The position numbers and the translations under genes are program-made. A stretch of DNA of 64,000 bases. Source: Mobula birostris (lineage: Eukaryota). Under the pieces are notes generated by a model. The model was given only the letters and a program-made list of their open reading frames with translations. It was not told the origin of the DNA and did no database searches. Shown in pieces: positions 35,686 through 48,150 of the stretch (positions are counted from its first letter, which is position 1; each line of letters starts with the position of its first letter). The stretch is taken from the NCBI RefSeq assembly GCF_030028105.1, contig NC_092388.1, forward strand, positions 10,812,508 to 10,876,507, read 5' to 3'.

Positions 35686-37396
35686 ACATCTGCAGACATT
35701 CATTTATATGGGTTTTGAAAGCATGAACAACCGAACGTGACTGTATCAATTATAAAGGTGCTGAGAGTGAACTGGGAGCATCCAGTGTAGGTCAGTAACT
35801 CTAACGAATGGTTATGCATTGTGAACATAATAGAAAGTTCCGGGTAAATTATTTAGAATGTTTGATTTTTCAATGGCTATACATGAACTATATTTCCTCC
35901 GCCAAAGTTTGCTATTTTACCAATATCCAAGGGGAGAGAATTTAGAATCCATATCAATATTGGGGTATGGTTGTATGTTTTGTGAGTTAACTTTCACTTG
36001 CAATTACATTTCAACCTCTATAGCTAAAGAAATCGTAAACAGACTGATCGAGTAAAATTTCTCACTGTTATATTTATAAAGTGCATTGAAGGGTTTATAG
36101 TGATCGAATTATCTATGATCAGTTGTCTATAACATTGTTGTTCCGCCTTTATCCGTATCTAACTGCTCTAGGCAGGATAGCTTTTTTATATTATATACAT
36201 AATATCCGGTCATGTACTTGTGGAATTTCGCTTTTCATCTTGCGAAATTAAAGGTATTGCTTAGAAGCTCCATGTAAGGAATTTTACGCGACGTTTTAGG
36301 AATTTCAAAATATACGGTCTATATACAATTCAAGTGGAAAGCACGGGAAATTGCATGTGATGTTGCGTAATCCGTCTTTCGCCGAGGGTGGTGAACATGG
36401 AAAACTATAACTCGATCTTCATTGAAAATGTTAACTACCGCAACTTTTCATTTTAACACACAGAATTGCAGATAAATTCCACAATCATACAGTGAGTCCG
36501 CTATTTTATCGTGGATATTATAGAAAATGGTTCCGTGAAATTATTAATTGTGAGGTAAGCTTACTTCCTTAAGTAACCTGTCTACTTTGTTGCAATAACA
36601 TCAAATTAATATTGGACGCCTAATTATCAACCTTTAATTTATTCTCTCTAGTGCTTTTTTTTCCTAATGCATCCGAGACAACAATCGAGGTGGTGGTGGT
36701 GGGGGGTGGGGGGAGGTTTACAGTTCGCAGCATGAAAGCTGATTTGTCAAAATGTTGTGGGATTATAAAATTCTACATTGATCTCATGACGTAGCCGAAC
36801 CAATCACAGCATGGCTTTTGCAAAACCCAAACGGGCATTTGTAGGGAAATGCCTGGGTAGAGCCACCCACGTTGTGGCTCATGAGGGTGGTTTAATTATT
36901 ACTGTTCTAGATACATCTTGTGTAAAAATACTGCGAAATATCTGCTTAAGACAACAAAATATTAATATTTATTATATTTTATTAATAATAAGTAACCGCT
37001 GGTGTTGTCAAACAGATAATGTTTATACGAATAACTGAGAACTATTTCCAAAGAAATTAATGCCATGCAGATTTTTATTTCGGCTGTTATATGTTTTGTT
37101 GGCCTTAAGTAACAAATAGTACCGGCGGAAGCGCTGCAAAACCCTTAAGCAATGTCACTCGCTTTCGTCGAATCATCATTTCTTGTTATTTATGTATTGC
37201 CTTATGAAAAAATAGGAAACTTAACCACGTAGTTATCTGCGTGATATCTACAGAGAGCAGAAAGCATAATAATTTAGAATTGGCACTTCTGAATTCATTT
37301 AGCCTTAGGCTGTTGAAAGAGTTCGGTGCCAATAATGAAAGTTCAACTGTAGAGATTTACTTAGAATAAATGAACATATATTTCTAATATATATAC

Positions 37397-37427
<31 letters not shown>
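37397..37427. repeat. (GATA)n microsatellite
   Basis: Directly visible. Confidence 0.9.
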
Positions 37428-40400
37428 CAAAGATCATATATATATGTTTAAAACCGTTCACGTCACCGAGTATATGTTCTGCCTGCAGCGCTCTTCCTCA
37501 TTAATCGTGATATAATAGCTTATTTGATTACTTCTTCTCTTTATGTGATTGAAGCCTTGTTATTTATTCTGACGGAATATAGCATTCACTGCATGATGCA
37601 CGTAATATGCGCAACTAAGTACCAAAAGCGTATATTTTCCCATTTACTGCTGAGTAAAACTTGCTACCAGGCAAAAAAAAGTATCCAAAACCAACACTCT
37701 TAATATTAAGAAATACTGAAAAGTATATTTAATGTTTATGAATAATTACTTCAAAGGGATATTATAAGTAAAATTACAGCTGAATTCAACGATGAACGAG
37801 TTCGATAAATTCGACTTTAAACTACCTACTGCTATACACGCAACGTACTGTACGTTGCTCTTCGAAAATTAAGTCAATTTTACTTCAAAATTATTGAATC
37901 AAGTTTACAATTTTTCATCAAATATTATTGTACCATTTAAGTTCAAAAATAAATTTGATTTTCTGTAGGAAATATCAGATTGAGCCTTTGTTTAATTCCA
38001 ATTCCGTAGAGATTACTTAAATGAATATAAATAATTACTTCCTTGTTTTACTCTGATTTATAATAGATTATAAATACATTCCAAATATAGGCTATACTGG
38101 ATTTGACTTTGTACACAATATAGGTCCAACGATGAAACTCTTTGCAAATAAGACACCATGGCAGCGAAATATTAAGTCGGTTACGTATCTTGTACACCCC
38201 GCAAAACGAAACTGTGCTTCATAAAATACAAAATTATATGATACGCAAACATTTTACTTTGCGGTTTATGTACCACAGATTAATAGGTGGAAATAATTAC
38301 AGATGCATACCAGCAAGTAAACTAGTCTTTAATAGATTAGCATAAGTTATGTAGTATTTCATATGCGCGAGTACATATGGGGAATTGAAGTTAATAATGA
38401 TTAAAGTATTACTTTTGACAAATTAGGACAAAGAACATTTCACGTGTAGAGTATGTATTTTCTGGATAACCAATTTTATGTTTTGCATTTGGGAAGATTA
38501 AGGTAACACGCGTTCTAAGCATTATAATTTATTTCAAAGGGAATATGTATTCCACTTCATTAAGTATTTTCAGGCGTTGATTTAAAGTGGACGCTATTTA
38601 TAAATGCAATCTACTTTCTAGATTTTCTTACTTATGTGATTATATCAGCACAATTGTATTTAACAATATCAATTTGGCCCCTCCAAATGCTGAAAGTATA
38701 TCTTGCATGACAATTTAGAATTTATTTTAAATCGTACCCAACCATTCAATTTATGAGATTTTCTTTGCTAAGCATGGATTGAAAGTTTGAATTCAGTTGT
38801 ATTATTACTCATTTCAACTCACTCCAGCCTTGAATTAAAATAACTTCTGCAGAACACTTTAAGCAAAAATAATTTGTTGAAAGTATTTATGTTCATTATT
38901 TCTGAAAGTAAATCTAATTTCCGGTAGGTTTGTGAGTGGTTTTCCGCGTTACTTTCTTATATCGACTTACCAATCAGTCAACTGATAGTATGGTGAGGTC
39001 CTTCGATGTTTTGTCAAAATAATACACATGGAAATGTTCCTTTCTGTAACAATTTGTCGAACTATATCTATTACTGTGTAGCCTTATTTATGCTTCTCTA
39101 TTCGGAATGTGAATGGGCTCTCACTTCTTTGTTAAAATGATTTGTTTTTAAATACTTTACAGATTAACAGTAAAATGTTCACTTCCCGTCTCCAAACGGG
39201 ACAGGTAATCAAGTGTAAGCAGATAAAATAAAAATTGCAGTAATAGCTTCATTCGAAGTTGCGTGAGGAAATGTTCTTCAAAAACTGAGGCGGTATATAT
39301 TTGTATTTTCGTATTGAGCTCAAAATATTTACCACGTCTGCAGTCGAGATAAAAAGGCAAACGTATTTAAACATATTCAGATCTGTAATCTCCAAAGTAA
39401 TTTACACAATTTAGCAATAAAACACCAGGATAAATGCAGCTGAAATTCGTTTGTTTAACTATTTTTGGAGTAACACCGTTCACTTCATCCCTGACGTATT
39501 CAGTCGCGGACTTGTCCCTTTGTTGATATTTAATTCCAGCATTTCATTTCGGCTTTTTATATTCTTTCAGGCAAAGGGATTGAGACATTTTGCTATTATT
39601 GCAGATTTGCTGAGCACATACGCGACGTGTGTGGGTTCTGGACGTTCAACTGAGAGACAACTGCATCACGACTTGGAATATGCTTAACCTACCAAAGATT
39701 AGGTGCAATTAGGAGGTTGCCTCGTTTATCTGAGTATACCAACTGGGCAAGGGATTAACATAAGGCTACAGGAAATGTTCTGAACGCATCGCACCTGTGC
39801 ATTCCGAGCCGGCAGCTATTTATTGAAAGGATAAGAATCGGAACGCTGGAATAATACATCTGACAACGAAGGGAATGGTTACAGATTTACGCCATGTGGA
39901 GGCGAATAATGTACTTTTAACGAACGGCGTTCTTAAATTCCGATCTGTGACTACCAGCCAAGTTCAAAGTAAGGAGCTTTCAAGTTCAAATCCGACAGTT
40001 CAGGTGAAATTTGCCGCACATTGCAGATATTACGGTATTCATGAAGGCTCAGATTGGCTTATATACTGCAATTAATGACGGGCCATTTAGTAAGTAATAT
40101 CACTATTTTGTGTAATTTGGGAGGAAATATACTGCCGAAATTCACCGCTCAACTATCAATAGGTTTTATTCAATCTTTATATCTCTCTATTGCTCATGAC
40201 TATCGAAGTCCTAAACATGCTATCGTGTCTAAAAGGTAACTTCAATTTATTAAATTCCGTGTGTTTTAGAGTTAAAACCATCCCGTGAATTTAGCAATGC
40301 ACGCCAACAATGCGCTTCTTGCAAAAAAAAAATCACGGTAATGAATTAATAGTTCAAAATAAATTCGCACATCATAGACGCAATAATTCTCGGAAGCGAA

Positions 40401-41292
40401 ACATTGTGCTTATTTGTAAAGAAAGCGGCAATTTTATGACGGCTAGGTGTAATTGTTCAAAAGAGAAGGCTCAATATTAATTAATGATCCATTTATTTTG
40501 CCGGAGTGAGCTTAAAAATACTGCTGAGGTTTTTTCCCTCCTGCGTCACTGGATAGATAGACAATTTGAGCGCTAGGTTTTGAATTTATTGAAAAGAAGG
40601 ATAGATTGTCACAATAAACATGCCATAGTTTTAATAAATCTTTATTTGGAAAATACATAGGTTAAGAATCAGAATCAATATAATCCCTAGTTACTAAAGG
40701 AGAAATGGGAGATTTCGAATTGCAATTCCAATAAAAACACGGAAATCTCGCATGCGTTTGATTTCGAAAAATAAGATAATTTCCTCCAGCAACAGTTAAA
40801 ATATAAAATTTTCATTTGTAATTTGCAGTACGGGATGCGTTTTGGCTTCACTGCCAATTTATCGTGCTTTCGCAGAGTACGAGAAATATATTAGAAAAGC
40901 AAGCTGAAAATACAATTTTAGCGCAAGGACAGGCCACAATGTTCAATGTGTATTGTATGAGGTGGTCACTTCAGTAAACCTATTGCAAGTCAACACAACT
41001 TAAAGTAAAACTAAACGATAGAATGGGCGTTGTTTTCAAATTCAAAAACAACAGTCAGCTTGGGAGCTGCATCCTTTTATTTCTCGATTTGTTTTTTTCT
41101 GTGCTTAATATCTTTAAGGATAGTTTTTTAAAACAATGCAACGTATCCTTCTATTAAGATGCGAATTTCTTCATGTATTTAACTGAACTTTGTGCAAAAA
41201 TTTGGAGACATCAGGCATAAAAATGGCGGCCAGTCACCGTTGTCTTGTCACTGTCAGCCAGTGCCATTGAACGAGGGGACAAAACAACCGAG

Positions 41293-41316
41293 CACACACA
41301 CACACAAACACACACA

Positions 41317-41362
<46 letters not shown>
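41293..41362. repeat. (CA)n microsatellite, imperfect
   Basis: Directly visible. Confidence 0.95.
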
Positions 41363-41363
<1 letters not shown>

Positions 41364-43623
41364 GACAACATAGACTTTCGTTCAAAAGGAGTGCAATTTT
41401 CATTAGCCAATCGTTTTCATTTTAAGTTATGATATTCGAAATGTCTACGATTAAAGAAATAGAGCAAAAAAAAGTTGTAGGCCTCCCTACTCCTCCAATC
41501 ATCAAGAAAGAATTTGTTTTTATTTGGTTTGATCTCACAACACCGCCTTAGCATGAAGAATGTTATTGCTCCGACTTCTAAACTTTCGCAGTTTATCGTA
41601 CCAATTCCAAGACGAGAATATTTTGACCTAATGATAAAGGTAGCTATTTCATTAAAATAGAAGAATTCTGTTAAAGGACGGCAGACATTGTCGTTGAAAG
41701 ATTCAGGACTAAAATATCATAGTACACCAGTAAATATATATTTTCCTTTATACGGGAAGATGCTCTTTTAATCTGTCTTCCAGGGAGACAAAACAAAATA
41801 TTCAGAAGTATTGAAAACCTCCGCGTTAGAAAATTGGTTTGGGCGTAATATTGCAAACTGATTTGGTGTTATCTACGATTAAGATACATGTTGCTTCATT
41901 TGCCAACGATAATTAAGATCCATTGTAATTCGTGGGAAGAAACGAAGAACAAATGAGAATACAATTCCTTGTAAAAATCTGCAAAGAGCAGTAGGACTGG
42001 CCGTTATCATTCTGTGGTGATTTTCGGTTTTCTGTGACAATATAAGTACACTTGCTGTAAATATAGTTTGGACATTGGGATTTCAAAATGAATGAATCCA
42101 AACTCGACAAAATGGATTTTCATTTACTGTTTAGTCCGTCTCAATTAATGGCACAATCCACTTTACAAGTGCTTGCAGGCCATTATCCAAATATTTATAT
42201 TTTTCATGACGATCAATAGGTTTAAGGTGTCTTCGTATTGAAAACAAAATGACTTCGGACGATATAGCCCTGGTTTAGAAAAGTATAAACATTTCGCTTA
42301 TGCAGCTTTTTTCAGAGTTGAAGTTCAATGTTAAGTCGTTTGCACACTCTTGCAAAAGCCCCGCAAAGCTCAGATGAAAACTTCGCTTAACTCCTATCTT
42401 ATTTTGCGGCAGGCTTTTGTTTTGTAACTTTAACACGGAAAGATTTTATGCGATTTCGTTTCTAATAATATCTTCAACAAAGCTTCCAAGTACACCTTAG
42501 AGTGAAGAAATTCAGCTTCATCCGGGTCTCGACTCTCCCACGGAGTCCTGCAGGAGAATAGCTAGCGCCGCAATAATTCACTGGTCTTCTTAATCTTCAG
42601 CATTTACATTAGATTTCATTTTCATCAAATATCAACCAAATGGCCGGAATTTACTTCTAGTATAAGACCAACAAGGTCGGTATATTTTTGTTTTTGAAAC
42701 TATACATTTAGAATCGAGTGATTATATTTTTGGAAGCTGCAGGATCAATAAAAATGATTTTAAAAAACAAGTTAATTTGATCCTGAATCTAAATTTGAAA
42801 AAGGCCCGTACTTACTGTAGAGGAAGTATCATAACTCAGAAATACAGATGGCTAGAAAATGGCGCAGCGATTAAGATAGTGACTGCATTTTATCTAATTT
42901 TCCTCTTTTATTTAATGCAATGGCCAGCTTCTTCTTTTGAATTTGGGGTATTATTGAATATCTAAAACTCGGTTTTTGTTATTCTCTTTACAAAATTTTA
43001 GGTACATTGCGTTAAACCAGCAATCCATGCATGCGAAATCCAATCCTTTGGTGAGAAAGGAAACCGACAAGAAATTCGATTTTGATCCAATGGTGATAAA
43101 AACGCGCAATGTCCGGCTAAAAAGCTTACTCTTTCAAAATTCAGCCCGATTTTCATCAGACAAAGACCGCGTCCTTGACGCTTTTGGGAACGCCTGATTG
43201 CTCACGTTAGCTGGGAATGTCAGTGATTCCATGTAGGTGGCGTCTTTAGCTAACCCCTGGTCAGCTACAATGTCTATGCGGGCGTCCGGTGAAGCTGGTT
43301 GTCAAAATTACTATTAAAACCATAGGTCGGGCTAAACCGCTTTCGGTTCTTGTAGGCGTAGTATTTAGTCATTTCGTGAAATGCAGTGTCGGAATTTGCC
43401 CATCCGTGTAGGGACAGTCGCGTCACTTTGCTTCTGGACTCCCCTTTCATTTAAAAAAATCACGAACTTTCATATTTTACATTGCAGCTTTGATCACAGT
43501 TACTAAATGTATATATCTCCTCGCGAATCAGTGTTTAAACCGCTGAATATGAATTAATTTGGGTATTATTTTAAAATTGTCAAATTTCACAGCATGGCGT
43601 CGCGGTTCTATCCCGTGCATGTA

Positions 43624-43625
<2 letters not shown>

Positions 43626-43660
<35 letters not shown>
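43626..43660. repeat. (TG)n microsatellite
   Basis: Directly visible. Confidence 0.95.
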
Positions 43661-43664
<4 letters not shown>

Positions 43665-45195
43665 ATATATGTATATGTATTAATTAAATAATGCAAAGGT
43701 ATATTATAGTCTATTCTAGAAATAGGCGGTTGACCAACGTTGAATGCAACAAAAAAAAAAGACTACAGTATTACGAAGCCTTGTTACAAATTTTGGGCTT
43801 GGATAATGTTCTTTATATTGCAATGTTTTCGGAACCTAGTATTTACTCTTTAATAAGATGGACTTATTTTTTGTAGCTAGTGATTTATTCGGTTGTGCAG
43901 GCCAGAGAAACACGTAAAATCGGCATTTCGAATATTCTGGAGACTTTCCGCAGCATCGCCGTGTGCTTATCGAAACGAAACAATTCGGAAAAAAAATGAT
44001 TAATTTGCAATTACCATAGTTGCTCGTAAAGATAGTTTTTGAGCGCGGAACTTAATTTAAAGTTCGGTCTTTCTGGCAAATGTTTATGGCAAAGGTCCTT
44101 ATCCCCCGGAAACCTGTTTGTTTTGGCACTGCGCAATTGTTTTTGGAGCAGCAATAAGCTAATATGTGACAAATTCTTAAAGCAAAGTTTAACTTCAACT
44201 CTTATCTATGGTTCCATTATTTTCAAAAGCATAAAGGATTCATCGCAAGCTTTCAAACTCTTAGTGTGCATTTAAAACCAAACAGTTGGACGGTGGAAAT
44301 AAATATGTAAATAAATGTTCTTTTATTGGATATTCTCTGATTAATATTTCCCTCGCCAAACTAAAACCATTGTTTATTTAGTCTGAACCATATTAACTAT
44401 AACACTGCTCCTTACTCATGTGACTTTGTTGAGAGTTTATAGAAATATGGAACAATGTGCCCACGGCCAATGTCAAAGTGGTTTTCAATCCGCATTGTTC
44501 ACGTTTGTTTCGTCCGAAACTTTTTTTCTCTCTCTGCTACAAGTGTTTTTGTCTTGAACAACATAGTCACAAGAATCCTGCCTGAAATGTGAACGTTGTT
44601 TGAATCTTAGACTGCGTTAGATAATATTTCTCGAAATCCAGCTAAATAGATGCCAGATTCATATAATTGTTCTGGGAGGGCGCGGGTTTTGTAGATGGTG
44701 TTGAACATGACCATGCCCTGTTTCTCTTCAACCAGAAGTACTATAACAATTTTAAGAGAGATGCTTGGCAGATTCGCGCGGAATCAATTCTTATGAGAAA
44801 AAATAACCTAGAGTCGATTTGGATACACTTATGAAATTACAAACGAGCACACATCTTTTTCGAACTTGTCGCCAATAACTTAGCTTCCCCACGTCTTTGT
44901 GGAGGTCTACGACTGACTGTGTGCTCCAATGCCTTATTTTTGTGGAGGGGAGGGTGTAGGTGGGGAGTGAGGATATTTGGATTTGAAAATAGAAGAGATA
45001 TTGGAAGATAAATCATTATTTATTCATTTTAATTTATGTTCTTATAACATTTTCTGGAATATTCTTACAGAGTTTTGGTTATTATCCATAAATTCGCAAA
45101 TGGTTGGTTGGAATAAATATGTTGCATATCTTCTTTAATTAAAGTGACAAGAGAAAAGATAAGGGGATTTCTCCAATGACATGTCGAATGGTCGC

Positions 45196-45439
45196 NNNNN
45201 NNNNNNNNNNNNNNNNNNNNNNNNNNNNNNNNNNNNNNNNNNNNNNNNNNNNNNNNNNNNNNNNNNNNNNNNNNNNNNNNNNNNNNNNNNNNNNNNNNNN
45301 NNNNNNNNNNNNNNNNNNNNNNNNNNNNNNNNNNNNNNNNNNNNNNNNNNNNNNNNNNNNNNNNNNNNNNNNNNNNNNNNNNNNNNNNNNNNNNNNNNNN
45401 NNNNNNNNNNNNNNNNNNNNNNNNNNNNNNNNNNNNNNN
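45196..45439. other. Assembly gap (244 N)
   Basis: Run of n characters. Confidence 1.
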
Positions 45440-45669
45440 TTAAAAATTAATCAGCGCTTGATATATATTTTAGCCGCGGTAATGGTTATAAGTTTTTTTT
45501 CCACGTCTATTCTTGGTTCAAGTCAGCTAGTTGGAGAGACATGAAGTAAACGTGCCAAACAGGACTCTGGTGTGAAGCCTGAACACCTTCACAGCATTAT
45601 TCGAGCCTTCCTTTTCCCCTCTTAGAAATGTGCAGAGCTCAGTTGTAAAGAGCTTTGCGCTCCTGGTGC

Positions 45670-45883
45670 AAGGGGGAATCCAAAGTGATGCATGTCAATT
45701 TCTCCAGGCATCTGGTCACATGACTGACTTGTTCCTGCGATGTATGGAGATACATTTCCACGTCAGCTTACGTTTCCAAATTTTTACTCCGCGGATCAGC
45801 TTCAAACAGGCAGCAGCATCTAAGGACCATGTTTAGCTGTGCGAATGCGAGCTGTTCTTGCGCTAGGGGACCCCAAGAAAGCG
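45670..45883 (+). promoter_or_regulatory. HoxA11 proximal promoter/5'UTR
   Basis: GGTCACATGAC E-box at 45714-45724 and TTTCCACGTCAGCTTACG (CRE-like) at ~45756-45773. I recognise these blocks as typical of vertebrate Hoxa11 promoters. Confidence 0.65.
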
Positions 45884-46493
45884 ATGATGGATTTTGATGA
45901 GCGGGTTTCTTGTGGCTCTAATCTTTATTTGCCTAGCTGTACCTATTATGTCTCGGGTCCGGATTTCTCCAGCCTGCCTTCTTTTCTGCCCCAAACACCG
46001 GCTTCTCGTCCCATGACATACTCTTACTCGTCTAATATCCCCCAGGTTCAACCTGTGCGAGAAGTTACCTTCAGAGACTATGCCATCGATCCCTCCAATA
46101 AGTGGCATCACAGAAGCAATCTCCCCCATTGCTATTCCGCAGAGGAGCTGATGCACAGGGAGTGTCTTCCTACCAGCACCATGGGCGAGATGCTAATGAA
46201 AAATAGCGCCAGCGTTTACCACCCCAGTTCCAACGCGTCTTCCAGCTTCTACAACCCGGTGGGTAGGAACGGTGTGCTGCCGCAAGGATTTGATCAGTTC
46301 TTCGAGACCGCCTACGGTTCTGGTGAGAATCAGCAGTCGGAGTATTGCGGGGAAAAGAGCCCAGGTAAAGTGCCGTCTGCAGCAACTTCAAGTTCGGAGA
46401 CTTCCAGGGTGTCGGTAGAGAAGGAGACGAGTCCCGGGAGCAGCAGCCCGGAATCTTCTTCCGGCAACAACGAGGAAAAAAGCAGCAACTCTA
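45884..46493 (+). CDS. HOXA11: Homeobox protein Hox-A11, exon 1
   Basis: [82 protein letters not shown]; phase-1 donor A|GTAGGT at 46494. Confidence 0.97.
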
Positions 46494-47668
46494 GTAGGTA
46501 GAATCAGTGCCCACTTATGAGGGAAAGTTTTGCGATCTCGCGCGCTGCTGTTAAAAATTTTATGTGCTGTTTTATAAGCATATAAGGGGGTTTATGGATG
46601 GCCTGTAGATTTCCCAACAAAACTTTTTTTTATATAAATGACAGGATCACGTGCTCCGCTCTGAAATTGGCCGTGAAATAACACCAGCCAATCCCTGCAT
46701 TAACATACCTCAAGTAGCACCTCAAAAAAGTGAATTTTGGATTAAAAATCTGATCGCTTAAATTATCAGGTGGACATTTATTTAAAAAGGTAGACTTTTG
46801 GCCGCTGTGATCAATGCGTGTATGAATACAACTCACGGATTCTATAAAACACGTGTTGACACAAAAACTATTTATAGGTTGTATTCAGTTCCATAAGTAA
46901 CCGCTTTAAAACATAACAGGGGTAAAATGACATTTTTAACAGCAACATAAATACTGCAATACCTTTAGCACGGAGCTTTCCATCATAAAAAAGGACTTAT
47001 TTCAGGTCGGAGTGGCTATATTTTATTTAATAATCACATTTTATAGCTGGCCGTGAGATAAGCACAGCCTTAGCGTTACAGTATTACTTCTCGAGGTTAC
47101 TTTTGTTGACTTCTTCAGTACGGAATATCTACACAATGACGTCCCCACCCCAAAGGAAACCAATTCCAGTTTCCCAGTATCTTTATAATGTTAGGTTGGT
47201 AATCACCTACTCCAAATCCTTTTAAAATGTAATCCCTTTGATAAAATAAAACGTCTTGCCTTTCGCTTAATTTTGTCTTTGATACTCTCATCCTCGAGCA
47301 TTTCACTTTTCAAATGTGGTTATCTTCCAAAGAGGGTGGCTAGCCCTTTGGATACATAAAGCCCCTTTGTGATTTCAAGTATCTTTGGAAAGGGAGCATT
47401 ACCGCTTCAATTTAAGAAGTTCTACGACCATTCTGAGCATCGAGGCGGCCATCTTTTGTCCTAAGGTTCATTCAATACGTTAAAAGCGCTTCTATGCTTT
47501 AGCTAACTTTTCTGTATCGCGAGCACTGGTGGAGAATTTCGCTGTGTACAATGTAGGAACTGCATAAAACTTTTTTCCAGTTCGCTGAAAAGTATAATCC
47601 TCACATAAAGCACTGTCTACTCTTATTTACGGCTATCAACGTTTTAACCCACTGTTTACCTGTTGCAG

Positions 47669-47901
47669 GTGGTCAGCGTACACGTAAAAAAAGATGCCCC
47701 TATACCAAGTACCAGATCAGGGAGCTGGAGAGAGAATTCTTTTTCAGTGTCTACATTAACAAGGAGAAGCGCCTACAACTTTCCCGGATGCTCAACTTAA
47801 CCGACCGGCAAGTTAAAATTTGGTTTCAGAACAGGAGGATGAAGGAAAAGAAATTAAACAGAGACCGCCTTCAATATTACACTACGAATCCATTGCTCTG
47901 A
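47669..47901 (+). CDS. HOXA11: Homeobox protein Hox-A11, exon 2 (280 aa spliced)
   Basis: Acceptor TGTTGCAG|; [77 protein letters not shown]. Not in the ORF track; translated by hand. Confidence 0.97.
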
Positions 47902-48112
47902 GATTAGACTGAGTTTACAAAGAGGCATTCCACCTTCCTAACTTCTACGATGAAATCGGCCAGGCCAGAACGCAGAGGTAAAAAAACACTCAAGTTCGAG
48001 TTTGTGAGCAGACACTTTAATTCAGCTCTGACGGGCCAGACGACTTTCCAAAGCTAATTACGACGTCTAGTTTCAACTCTAAAAAGTAACTGGAATTTAT
48101 GCTCATCGTTGA

Positions 48113-48113
<1 letters not shown>

Positions 48114-48148
<35 letters not shown>
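48114..48148. repeat. (CA)n microsatellite in the HoxA11 3'UTR
   Basis: Directly visible. Confidence 0.95.

Positions 48149-48150
<2 letters not shown>

Noticed and set aside
45176-45544. ORFs spanning the N run
   Set aside because: Assembly-gap artefacts.
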